The notes beneath the pieces are model-generated. The model did no database searches and was not told the DNA's origin. It saw only the letters and a program-made list of their open reading frames with translations. A program made the position numbers and the translations under genes. Of a stretch of 64,000 nucleotides of DNA, positions 1 to 11,420 are shown one piece after another. How positions within the stretch are numbered: the stretch's first letter is position 1; the number at the start of each line of letters is the position of its first letter. Source of the DNA: Octopus bimaculoides (lineage: Eukaryota); NCBI RefSeq assembly GCF_001194135.2, contig NC_068991.1:41983009-42047008 (forward strand), read 5' to 3'.

Positions 1-44
<44 letters not shown>

Positions 45-841
45 CATACACACACATGTATATTTACATATATTTATATACATATATGAAAACAAGAGCC
101 AGATCAATTCTTTTATATTTCGTTATCTTTTCTAGCTGACCCATCGAAAACTTTGAGAGAGTGGTGCTTTCCTCCTACTCTTCTTCCTCTTCTTCTACTT
201 GTCTTTTCTACAACTAAACGGCAATTATATTTAGCCACAGCAATGTCCGGTCAGACGTACAAGCATATTACGGTAAAGCGCCATTTCTTACGTGTGCCGT
301 GTTATGCCATTGTTTTTCACCCACACGACCTAATACTTGTTTATCATTAATATCAAATAGCACAGTTTCTTTCGCTGTTCGTTGTTATTGTTGTTGCTCA
401 GTTGTATTCATTAACTTATGAACTAAAGGAGCCAGTCTTCTTTTTTCTATTTTTCTATTTGCTCTTGCCTTGTTAGGCAAACACAAAGCTATACCTAAAG
501 TTACTTGCTCTGAGTATCTACTTCGAAGCATGCGCTATTCTTTTTTCTCAATCACTGTAACTCTTTTGTATATATATATATATATATGTGTGTGTGTATG
601 AATGTGCGTGTATACATGCATATATACACATATATATTCACACATATATATACATAACATAAATATATACACATATATATATGCATATGTATATTTATAT
701 ATCTATGTATATATATTTATATATATATATATATACACATATATATGTACATATATATATACATATGTATATACACATATATATGTATATATATACATAT
801 GTATATACACATATATGTATAAATATAGATATATATGCATT

Positions 842-875
<34 letters not shown>

Positions 876-2299
876 CACTCATAGATATGAATATATNNNN
901 NNNNNNNNNNNNNNNNNNNNNNNNNNNNNNNNNNNNNNNNNNNNNNNNNNNNNNNNNNNNNNNNNNNNNNNNNNNNNNNNNNNNNNNNNNNNNNNNNNNN
1001 NNNNNNNNNNNNNATATATACACATATATATTCACACATATATATACATATATGTATATGCATAAATATAGATAGATAGATATATCTTTACGAATACACA
1101 TATATATGTATATATGTGTATATATATGCGTATGTATATACATATATACATATATAATAATAAGTAAAAAGGATTTTAAATCCATGCAAATATTTATAAA
1201 ATCCTCAGTGATAAACTAATTTGGTTATTTATATGGAACAATCAGACACCAATAAATGCAAGTAGAATAAACATCCAAGGTAATTCCGCATGTATAACAA
1301 GTAAATCCAAATATCGTTTAGAAGAATTTTAAGAAATTCGGAGTGTATGACAAGAATAAGAATGGAGAAAATCACATCTCTAATTAGTGATTAAACCATA
1401 CAATACCGACGATCGTTTCTGTTGTATCAACATATTTAGATACAGACAATATCAGTCAAATTAATGGATCCGAAAATATATGTTAACACAACGTTATCAA
1501 AGCAATCCAAAATTGGTTCAATTCAAAGTGAACTAAGAAAATATTTTCAGTACACAAAGGCATAAAGAAAGAACGTTAAGAAGAAATATAATATTCTAAG
1601 ATAAGCTAGTTTAGTATTTAACATTCGATGACATCATTAGATAACGAAAGAATAAAAAATAAACATAGGAATTTTATGTTACGACAATTAGACACATATA
1701 TGTTTTACGTCACAACAATTAGTTATCTACCAATTAAATATGCTAAACATTTCTGGAAAAATTATGCATATTATATCATATAAAAAGCAATTATAATTAA
1801 TGAGCTATTTAGAATTGAAATATCTAAATACTGCTCTATATTTGTGAGAATATTTCAATGTAAAATTACCTTTATAATTTAATAATATTAATTTGGAAGT
1901 AATTATATAATACATCTCCTTAAGGTATAATTACCTTAAGGTATAATTACCTTAAGGTAGAATTACCAGTATTGTACTATAGTGTGTAACCAATAATGGA
2001 CCACTTTAAATCATACTTAAAATTCTTATCTTTTACTCCCAAACGCATTTACTAAGAATTACCTTTACTTCTCTAGTTAAATGAATGAAAATGATTATGA
2101 CATTTAGATTTCCAAATTGTAGCAGGCGAATCTATGTAATAATACTTACGATCCCTTGTTATTACATAACTGGCACACTATATACTTCCTTAAACACTGA
2201 TTTTCTAAAAGACAGATAAATTTATTTTTACAATTACACAGGCATTTATTCACTTGTATGTGGTACTCATGCTTAAAAGAATTAGTACTCATATATAAA

Positions 2300-2504
2300 A
2301 TGAGACTACAAAGCCAAGGGTGTGGAATCTTCGGGACATTTATAAAGAGAAAGTTAGCCTTACAGCTATTTCTGGGATATTAGGGATATCCCTATATCAG
2401 AGATGATGTAAGATGGACCATACCAGGGTCAATGCTCAGCCTGTAAGCTATGCCTAAAAGCGGCATTCCACATATTAAAACACAACTCTTCAAGATATAT
2501 AATA

Positions 2505-2557
<53 letters not shown>

Positions 2558-3520
2558 GTGTGTGTATACATATGTATGTATTTATGTGTGTATATGTACG
2601 CATGTGTTCGTGTGTATGCATATATTTATGGGTGTGTGTGTGTGTGTGTGTGCGCGCGTGCCTATATCAATATACACTTCTTTCTTTCTCTTTCTGATTC
2701 CTCAGCCCCCACTATCACATTAGCCATTACAATAAACACCACCGTCTATTTTTAGAAACTTGATCATTATATCTTATTATTGTTCCCTTCCTTTTCGAGA
2801 TTTACTACTTACTTTAGTACCTCCTGTTCCATTTTCTGTATTCATTCCTCCACTTAGCGTCTTTCAAACATGTCACCCCACCTCCCACTCACACATATTC
2901 CTTCCTTATATTCTTATCTCTTCCTATTCCTCCCCTACTCCTCTCACATCCCCTTCATAATATCTTGACACCAACTAGCACCCCTTTTTTCATTTTCTCT
3001 TCCTCTTTCTTTCTTTCTTCTTTTCTCGCCTTTTGACCATTCTCCTCATTTTAAAACACGCATCTTTTCTCTCCTTTCTATCTACTTAATACTACCACTA
3101 CATTCTCAAAATTTCATTCACACCACAAGACCCTTTTGAATGAACAGCACATGAAATCTACGTCTCCACACATACCATTTGTAATGACAAAATATGAACA
3201 CCTATCGGAATTTACATACCATGGACAATAAGCATTTCTACCACTTCTACACATCACTTTCCTTGGATAATGGAACTGCAACTATAACATCCTACATATA
3301 TTTTTCTTTTTACTTTTATTTTCTTATTTCCCTTTATACTTCTTATTTCTATCCTTTACTAAAATAGCCTCTTATATTGGACTCTACTATTTCCCTCTAT
3401 TTAACAATTTTACATCGTCTCTGATGAAGGGATATCCCTAATATCCCAGAAACAGCTGTAAGACTAACTTTCTTCTTATAAATGTCCTGAAAATTCCATA
3501 CAATTTTGACTTTGTCACAT
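2300..3520 (+). mobile_element. 5'-truncated Penelope-like element remnant bounded by inverted pseudo-LTRs
   Basis: Arms ~2300-2410 and ~3410-3520 are reverse complements (ACAAAG...GGACATTTATAA...TTACAGCT.TTTCTGGGATATTAGGGATATCCCT..ATCAGAGA.GATGTAA). 2415-2495 translates GPYQGQCSACKLCLKAAFHILKHNS, matching the PY..C.LCL C-terminus of PLE GIY-YIG endonucleases. Confidence 0.7.
3417..3464 (+). ncRNA. Minimal type I hammerhead ribozyme motif (PLE type)
   Basis: Stem I GTCT/AGAC; CTGATGA 3421-3427; stem II GGGATAT/ATATCCC (flanked by an A.A mismatch); GAAA 3449-3452; stem III with palindromic CAGCTG; GTA cleavage triplet 3458-3460. The inverted copy at ~2352-2405 has a damaged core (CTGATAT). 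Confidence 0.65.
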
Positions 3521-3867
3521 TTTATTTAACATATACACGCTCTTACAAGACCTGCATTACNNNNNNNNNNNNNNNNNNNNNNNNNNNNNNNNNNNNNNNN
3601 NNNNNNNNNNNNNNNNNNNNNNNNNNNNNNNNNNNNNNNNNNNNNNNNNNNNNNNNNNNNNNNNNNNNNNNNNNNNNNNNNNNNNNNNNNNNNNNNNNNN
3701 NNNNNNNNNNNNNNNNNNNNNNNNNNNNNNNNNNNNNNNNNNNNNNNNNNNNNNNNNNNNNNNNNNNNNNNNNNNNNNNNNNNNNNNNNNNNNNNNNNNN
3801 NNNNNNNNNNNNNNNNNNNNNNNNNNNNNNNNNNNNNNNNNNNNNNNNNNNNNTATATATATATACA

Positions 3868-4017
3868 TATACGACTGGCTTCTTTCAGTTTACGTCTACC
3901 AAATTTATTCACAAGGCTTTTGGCGGCCCGAGGCTATAGTAGAAGACACTTGTCCAAAGTACCACGCTCTGAGAATGAACCTGGCACCATGAATAAACCA
4001 CACAGCCACGCCTGCGC
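3868..4017 (-). mobile_element. tRNA-derived SINE, 5' half
   Basis: Reverse complement reads gcgcaggcgtggctgtgtgg...cttctactatagcctcgggccg...tggtagacg.aaactgaaagaagcc, same family as 44997-45420. Confidence 0.75.
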
Positions 4018-4300
4018 AAAAATTGTTTAAGTGTTATACCTTCCTTATTTCCAACCTTCTACACTTAATGACCTCACCCTCCCACCCACAATGATTTATA
4101 CTTCTTACCACATCTTTTTATCCAGCATGCGATACGGGAAACTCCACATACTCATGTGACGGTTATTTTAGTAGTAGTTAGAAATTTGTCCTTTAATGAT
4201 TGTTTAGTATTAGCTATACACAAAACATGAGGTTACTGTGAACTATCGATAACTGGCTATATCATATAATACACACATATGTGCATGTGTGCGTGTGTAT

Positions 4301-4370
<70 letters not shown>

Positions 4371-4372
<2 letters not shown>

Positions 4373-5145
4373 AAAATAAAACAAGGTAGAAAATGCTAAA
4401 ATAACTTTACCATGAAGAACATTTTAGTACTGATACTGGTGTGTTTACGTCCCCGTCACTTAGCGGTTCGGCAAAATAATCGATAGAATAAGTAATAGGC
4501 TTACAAAGAATAAGTCCTGGGGTCGATTTGTGCTCGACTAAAGGCGGTGCTCCAGCATGGTCGCAGTCAAATTACTGAAACAAGTAAAAGAGTAAAAGAG
4601 TAAAAAAAGTAAAGTACTGGTGACGTCTTATTTTCCTGGTGGTCATGTTTGTCTTTCTGTCTGGTTGACTTCCCAGTGGGGAACGTTCATCAGCCGTTCC
4701 AGTTGGTTGATTCTCTTAAAGGGTCATTTTGTTGTATTTGCTGAAGTTCGATTTTGATCGGAGGTAGAGTTTCATTGGCCTAGAGTTAGGTGACGTCAGC
4801 AACTGGTGTTTGTATGGTGTTTTATTGTATGGTGATTTGGAGTTACGGTTTCAAAACTCGCATGGAAGATTGTTACTAAAGTTTTTTTAATTATGTGTGT
4901 TGTATCTGGTTGGTTTTTTGTGTGTGGAGAAATTGGGTCTTTTTCTTTTTTTCTCTTTAGTGTTTTTTCTTCTTTCTAAAGGATATTCAGCTGTGGTTTA
5001 TATTTTTTAATGAACAGACTTTCCTTATTTAAACGGAATTGTGTTGAAGTGTTTTCGGTGCATTGGTACAGATGGAAGATTTGATATTTCGGGTTTATGT
5101 TTGCGGGGCATGAGTCTAGGTGTTTGCTTACGGGAATTTTCGCTG
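4371..5145 (-). mobile_element. Penelope-like element 3' fragment (GIY-YIG C-terminus plus pseudo-LTR), interrupted by a SINE
   Basis: 4976-5145 (-) translates KIPVSKHLDSCPANINPKYQIFHLYQCTENTSTQFRLNKESLFIKKYKPQLNIL (PLE EN-like R..KE..FI.K..P.LN end). 4371-4432 matches the outer part of the pseudo-LTR at 26328-26390. Confidence 0.6.
4432..4612 (+). mobile_element. SINE 3' half with AGTACTG direct repeats (4426-4432 and 4613-4619, candidate TSD)
   Basis: ctggtgtgtttacgtccccgtcacttagcggttcggcaaaa...ggggtcgattt...aaaggcggtgctccagcatgg...(agtaaaag)n tail, homologous to 45250-45420, 53760-53935 and 62920-63090. Confidence 0.8.
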
Positions 5146-5587
5146 AAAAGGTCACAGGTGTGTGACGAAAGATTTCAGAACAGTAGACATGAGATAAAAT
5201 AAGAACAATAATAAGCGAGTGAGGAACGAATAAATAGCAAAATAATTGACCATCCCGAAATATGACAATATCTATTTCAACACACGATTTNNNNNNNNNN
5301 NNNNNNNNNNNNNNNNNNNNNNNNNNNNNNNNNNNNNNNNNNNNNNNNNNNNNNNNNNNNNNNNNNNNNNNNNNNNNNNNNNNNNNNNNNNNNNNNNNNN
5401 NNNNNNNNNNNNNNNNNNNNNTATATATATGGGAGAATATACGAAAAAACAACAACAGACGAGGACAGGTGATGTAAATAACAAAAGGATGTATTAGTAT
5501 GACGCTCGGGAATACGGAAAGTCTTACATGCAAAGGTATAAAAATCAAGAGACACATAAGTTTATTAGTATGTGTATGTGTATATGT

Positions 5588-5661
5588 GCTTTGAGACCGC
5601 GACCTGTTCACTGACAAAACAGCACGGAATTTTGTCAGTAAACAGGTCGCAGTCTCAAAAC
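5588..5661. other. Near-perfect 30-32 bp hairpin with 10-nt loop
   Basis: Arms 5590-5619 and 5630-5659 pair at 28/30 positions. Mismatches C5609.A5640 and C5598.A5651, then C5589.A5660 and G5588-C5661. Loop CAGCACGGAA. Confidence 0.9.
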
Positions 5662-6204
5662 GACGGAAATATTCTGTCAAATTAAATTTAAATGTTGAAG
5701 TGAATCTAACGGTTTTGTGTGTTTCTTAAATGGTTTATAAACACCTTCCACGCTGCAATTGTTTTCGTTCCAGCACACGATCTCAGATCAGGTCGCTTGC
5801 TATGCAAGTACATCTCCGATATTTTTCTAAAATATGAAAAATTCAAGTTGATAATCTAACTATAATGTCTTGATAATTATGTTTCATTAATTGAATAAAA
5901 TGTTCAGTATTTAATTTGGTGTATATCAACTCATGTATAGGCTAAAATTTTTATAATTATGTTTTTAAGAAATTATTCTTCTGAGCATTGTTGACGGTTT
6001 TGTTAATCTCGAACATTTTTGTTAAATTTAAATATTTTTTTTATAAATCTTCAACGTTTACTTTAGCCGTAGATTAACTGTGAATACTTTCGTGAATGTT
6101 TTCCAAGGTGTACTTAATTTTTGTTTTAAGAACAAAAAAAGTTTTAATGTATTTCTAAAACTTTGATTTACCAAAAAAAAAAATTGATAGCAACAATATT
6201 GAAC

Positions 6205-6225
6205 GTTCTTATTTTATATTTGCAG
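6205..6225 (+). promoter_or_regulatory. 3' splice acceptor of a 5'-UTR intron of the sHSP gene
   Basis: Pyrimidine tract ttcttattttatatttgcag ending at 6225, followed by a 45-nt leader and ATG 6271 in a strong context (GCACCATGG). The upstream exon was not identified. Confidence 0.6.
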
Positions 6226-6270
6226 GTATTCAGGGAGGTACCAACAGCTAGAGACGAACACAGAGGCACC

Positions 6271-7230
6271 ATGGCTCACTATCGCACTGAAGTTCATATT
6301 CCAGTAAAAAAAGATAGTTTAACTTTCGAGGACCGCCAAAGAAAAGCGTGGAATAGTATAGAAACCCAGGTAACCGAAAAACGCTCTCAATGGGAGAAAG
6401 ATTTCCAGAAAATGAAAGAAGACTTCTTCACCTTAACTCCGACTGATGCGACAAGCGTAGATAAGTTCTCCAAGGTTGAAGGATTCAAGAGTCTGTACGA
6501 AGTTGACAGTCAAGGTAACAGGAAACTGAAAATTTGCTTTGACGTCTCTGATTTCAGTCCTGAGGAAATACAAGTCAAAATTCAAGACAACAGAATTGTA
6601 ATTCATGGAAAAAATGAAGAAAAGAAAGGTAATTCCACATTCAGTCGTGAATACAGTCGACAGATAGATATTCCTTGGGATGTTGATCAAGATAAAATAA
6701 CCTGCGTCGTCAGTAAAGACGGTATTCTTACAGTGGAAGGACCGACACATCAGCAATCTCCTTTTAAGGAAGCAACGTTTCTACCAATAAAATGTGAGAA
6801 TGTTCCCAGCATATCGCACAAGACATCAGTGCAGAACCCAATAATTACAGAACCAGACGGTTCCAGGAAACTGCAACTTCAAGTAGACATTGGCGAATTC
6901 AAACCAGAAGAGGTAGTTGTTAAAACCATGGACCGGAAATTAGTCGTTTCAGCTCGTCATGAAGAGAAGAGAGAAGGAAGGACCATGCATAAAGAATTCA
7001 ACAAAGAATACGAACTACCAGAATCTGTGGATCCAATGAGTGTTAATGCTTTTCTGGCTGAAGATGGCAAACTCACGATAGAAGCACCACTAAAACCCTT
7101 ACCCCGCCAATCCTACGCCGTAACACAAAGTTCTGATGTTAAGAAAGTTGTTGTGACCAAAGAATCTCAGTTTACCATAACTGACAGTGCCAACCGTCCA
7201 ATGGTTACCATTAGTGTACATCCACGTTGA
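6271..7230 (+). CDS. Small heat-shock protein with two tandem alpha-crystallin domains (p40/major egg antigen-like), 319 aa
   Basis: Uninterrupted ORF. ACD1: LKICFDVSDFSPEEIQVKIQDNRIVIHGKNEEK...FSREYSRQIDIPWDVDQDKITCVVSKDGILTVEGP. ACD2: LQLQVDIGEFKPEEVVVKTMDRKLVVSARHEEK...HKEFNKEYELPESVDPMSVNAFLAEDGKLTIEAP. Kozak-like start, TGA at 7228-7230. Confidence 0.93.
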   Translation: MAHYRTEVHIPVKKDSLTFEDRQRKAWNSIETQVTEKRSQWEKDFQKMKEDFFTLTPTDATSVDKFSKVEGFKSLYEVDSQGNRKLKICFDVSDFSPEEIQVKIQDNRIVIHGKNEEKKGNSTFSREYSRQIDIPWDVDQDKITCVVSKDGILTVEGPTHQQSPFKEATFLPIKCENVPSISHKTSVQNPIITEPDGSRKLQLQVDIGEFKPEEVVVKTMDRKLVVSARHEEKREGRTMHKEFNKEYELPESVDPMSVNAFLAEDGKLTIEAPLKPLPRQSYAVTQSSDVKKVVVTKESQFTITDSANRPMVTISVHPR

Positions 7231-7243
7231 AAAAGTAATCCGA

Positions 7244-7249
7244 AATAAA
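7244..7249 (+). promoter_or_regulatory. Candidate polyadenylation signal AATAAA (another at ~7390)
   Basis: Hexamer 14 nt after the stop, followed by U-rich sequence. Usage is unproven. Confidence 0.3.
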
Positions 7250-8961
7250 ACGAGCAAGAACATTTTTTTGGGGTTTTTTTTTTTTTCGTGGAATATATTA
7301 TTATTTTAAAAACTGAAGGTTGAAGGACGAATAATGTAAAAGAAGAGATGTATAGTAAATTTATTTTTAAAAATACATTGATAAAAAAAAATAAAATTAT
7401 AAGCTATTAAACAAACAGTTATAGGTTAGAATTTCTTGGCGTTCCTAATTCTTCTTCGTTGACAAAAACAATTTTTCCGGTTGTAGCATTTTCTTAAACA
7501 GAAAACTATAGAAATAGAAGGGAAAGAAAGAAAACCAATATTTGAAACTGAACGGAAGACATATAACTACCACCACTACTATCATAACGACAACAACAAT
7601 AGCGATATAACACAGCAATAATGTTTATGTTAATATTATTATTTCACAATTAATACAAATTTTGCAGAGTTGCATATAATGTTGAGTATATATGTGTGTA
7701 TACATATGTGTATTGTACGTATGCATTATAAATGTATGTATTACATGAAGATAATACACACATATATACTCAACATTTAATGCAACTCGGCGAAATTTAT
7801 ACTAATTGTTAAGTACTAATGAAGATAGTATGTAATATAATGTAAGGTATGTCTCTATATTGTGAAGAACAAGGGTAAAAGTACTCTACACATAATATAG
7901 AGTATGGCTGTATTTCTATATTTATCCGGCTGAGCCGTGTGCCGTCACCTGTGTTTTGTGCTTGCACTATCGTTCAAATAGCAGCTTGATCTACAGGGTA
8001 CACATACACACAGATCAAATTGCTGTCTCAACGAGCGTATAACCGAAACTTAATTATAGGCATTCAGCTCATCAAAACACACACACACACACACACATGC
8101 ATTAATCTGTTCTCGTGCGTGCCTAAAGCAGCGCTATCTCATGATCTTTATTTTTTTTTAAAAACCTCGCCCTAAACCTTCCGTCGATAAAAATAGTAAA
8201 CTACAAAGATTACAGAACAATAGAGAAAGAAAAAAAAAGAGAGAAAGAAAAGAACGAAAGCATGAACGATAGTTAAAAAATGCTGAAATTTATTTATTTA
8301 TTTATTTATTTCACTATGTTTTGTCCTTTTTTTTCTCCTCACCCTAGTGTCACCAATCAATCTGAACTGTTATCAAAACTGATAAATATGGCTTCTAGAT
8401 GAGACAAGTATTTTGGAAATGCGTTTTGTGCGTGAGAATTGACAGAAGTTAGATAAGTTGTTATATAAAAAAATATAACAAAATGTTCCCTATTTTTGCT
8501 TTTTTTCACTTGATTGATTATTATTCTGATAATATAATTTTGTTTTAGTTTCTGTAAAACTTTGGTCTATTCACTCGACATCTCAGCTTTCCGTCGCACA
8601 AGAGAGCGATCAGCAACTGTAAGAGATAAATAAAAAGAAAACAATAAAAAAATGCACATGAAACTTAACGACTATAAAATCTCTACATACGTTCCTTGTT
8701 GTCTCTTTCTTATCTTAAATTTTCTAGTTTTTACTTGTTTCTTTTTTTCATCTTCGTGTTGCATCTATTTGTGGGGATAGCAGAACAAAATATTATTATT
8801 CGAAAAGGGTGACAAATACTTGAATGAAACGAAAACATGATAGCAAAAGTCACAGGAAGTCACAACCAAACATCACTTCACAGACCGAACTTGGACTGGT
8901 TAAAGAATTTGTTTACACCTTGGACAAACACCAAATTTTTCAAGTACATTCTCCGCACTAT

Positions 8962-9014
<53 letters not shown>

Positions 9015-9034
9015 TACATACATACATACATACA

Positions 9035-9068
<34 letters not shown>

Positions 9069-10927
9069 CTAGCAGGACCCATGAATATTTCACGGAATTA
9101 ATGGTAAACCTATTGGGTTATTTCTGAAAACTTTATCCAGAAAAGCCTGAAAGCTCAGACTGTGTTGTGTCTGTATGGAAAGATAGTCACTCATCTGCTA
9201 CTCATTGAAAAGTGAAAGAAATTAAAATACGATGATTACTTAATGCACTTTATATACTTTATGCATAACTTTATAGTCTTAATACATAGCACTCATAAAA
9301 TAAATATCCACTCTTATTTTTTCATTTTCCCCATAAACAAACAAAAAGTATATATCCCGTACATATGATACAATCTTGAGGCAAATTGAATATATCTGCC
9401 ACGTAAATAAGCGTGAATATTTCACGGAATTGCATTTATGCGCTGTGTTAAATGATAGGTGATATAAAAAGCTTAGTTCAATATTTTTACAAAATACACT
9501 TTTCACTATCCACGCACCACTACCACCTCCAGCACCGCCATCCGCCCTGCCATCATTTTTTCCCTCTCCCCTTTTCTTTAACCTCACCATCAGAACATCA
9601 CCCCTCTGCTAAAATTATATTTCTAACTCTCTCTATATCACTACCAGATAAATTCCTCTATTTACATAATATCGAGGTCTCTTTCTTTCTTTTGTTGCCT
9701 TACCTTTTCTGTCAATATATATATATAGGGGCAAGCAATTTGCGAGAAAAAATATATAATATAATTCTCGAAAATTAATTTGCTACGATATTATTAATTT
9801 TATTATCATCCGGAATGACTATTTAAAAAAATGATAATAACAGAATTAATAATATAGGCGATCGCAGGCCCAAGAAAAGCATTAAATAGCTGAAGGACTA
9901 AAATTAAAATTAATCAAAGAACATACTAAGTATGTCTGCGAAAGCTCTTATTTAAATCGCTAAAAATACACTGATAATAACTACAGAAATCAAACGTTTT
10001 TTAAAATAGTCATTCCGGGTGATAACAAAATTAATAATATCTTAGCAAATCAATTTTCGAGAATTATATTTTTCTCGCGAATTGTCTGCCCCTGTATAGA
10101 GAGTATATTTTCACTGATGACTGTTATTTTAATTCGGCACAAAACGAATCAGGTACAGTACAGATTTCGATACGAGTAGTTGGGGTATCTTATCATAGTA
10201 ACACGTGCTGAAGAATTTGAGGGAATTTATTTAAATTTATTTATTTATTTATTTATTTATTTATGTTGACAATATAGAAACCGGTCCACGTGAATCCTTA
10301 TACTTAAATGTATGGNNNNNNNNNNNNNNNNNNNNNNNNNNNNNNNNNNNNNNNNNNNNNNNNNNNNNNNNNNNNNNNNNNNNNNNNNNNNNNNNNNNNN
10401 NNNNNNNNNNNNNNNGGCCCATGAGCCTGGCTAGGCTTTAAAAGGGCGCATAAATAATAAATAAATAAAGCTTTGAACCAGAACGTTGAGGATTGACTAA
10501 ATATCGAAAAGCAGTTTCCACTTAGCACTCTTAATGTTTCTGCCTTTTCACAAATAAATAAATGAATAGACAGTAGCAGTACCCTTGGAAATTTCACGGT
10601 TTATTTTGAAAACCATAAAATGTCTGGAAGTGTATAGAGAATCATAGAATAAATAGTGTTTTGTATGATTACTATTGACTAGAAGTTTTAAGAACTTCGT
10701 AATAAGTAGGCAACAAAAATAACGTATATTCTATGCATCTTATCCCTCATTCCTTACATTTCAAAATGAAATTCCGAATCCCGCCAAATATTTCGAAAAA
10801 AATTATTATCTCCCTTTGTATTAACTGTATTAACTGTAGGGGACTCCATGTGCATGCAATATATAATTACATGGAAAAATGCTAGCAAGAGAAATAATAT
10901 TCTTAAGATTATAAATCTGGAAAAGTA

Positions 10928-11136
10928 GGGCGGCAGGTGGCAGAATCGTTAGCGGTATTTCGTCTGCCGTTACGTTCTGAGTTCAAATCCCGCCGAGGTC
11001 GACTTTGCCTTTCATCCTTTCGGGGTCGATTAAATAAGTACCAGTTACGCACTGGAATCGATGTAATCAACTTAATCCATTTGTCAGTCCTTGTTTGTCC
11101 TCTCAATGTTTAGCCCCCTGTGGGCAATAAAGAAAT
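10928..11136 (+). mobile_element. tRNA-derived SINE (second family)
   Basis: A-box-like ggtggcagaatcgttagc, B-box-like gagttcaaatccc, core gaggtcgactttgcctttcatcctttcggggtcgattaaataagtacc. Related copies at 13725-13855, 27897-28020 and 46220-46360. Confidence 0.85.
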
Positions 11137-11149
11137 ATAAAAATCTGGA

Positions 11150-11420
11150 TAGGTACAAAACAAGCTATTACACTCGGAAAAGTTCAGGACAAGTTATCAC
11201 ATCTGGTAAAGTACAGAACAAGAAAACTTTTACTTAAAATATTGCGGCTAAGGATGAAATTTCAAATAAAATATCTAGATTTAGAAAATACTAGCTTTTA
11301 TTAAAACAAAAAATTTTATTACAAGTTATTAATTGTATTGTTTTCTTGTTCTGTAATTTACCACATGTAATAACTTGTCCTGAACTTTTCCACGCGTAAT
11401 AACCTGTCCTGTACTTTTCT
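11150..11420. mobile_element. MITE/foldback-like element with ~80-bp terminal inverted repeats made of ~27-bp subrepeats
   Basis: 11150-11230 (ggaaaagttcaggacaagttatcacatctggtaaagtacagaacaagaaaac) is the reverse complement of 11340-11420. Confidence 0.7.

Noticed and set aside
602-1185. Long YIYI/HTHT/CVCV and poly-X ORFs here and throughout
   Set aside because: Translations of microsatellites and N gaps.
5143-5180. Hammerhead-like CTGAAAA-GTCAC/GTGAC-GAAA
   Set aside because: C3.A8 mismatch, and no convincing stem I or cleavage triplet.
6089-6103. Heat-shock-element-like TTCgtGAAtgTTT
   Set aside because: Only two perfect pentamer units, in a presumed intron. Expected by chance in AT-rich DNA.
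6163-6270. ORF-track N-terminal extension of the sHSP from a TTG at 6163
   Set aside because: It runs through a pyrimidine tract and acceptor at 6225. ATG 6271 has a strong Kozak context and is the likelier start.
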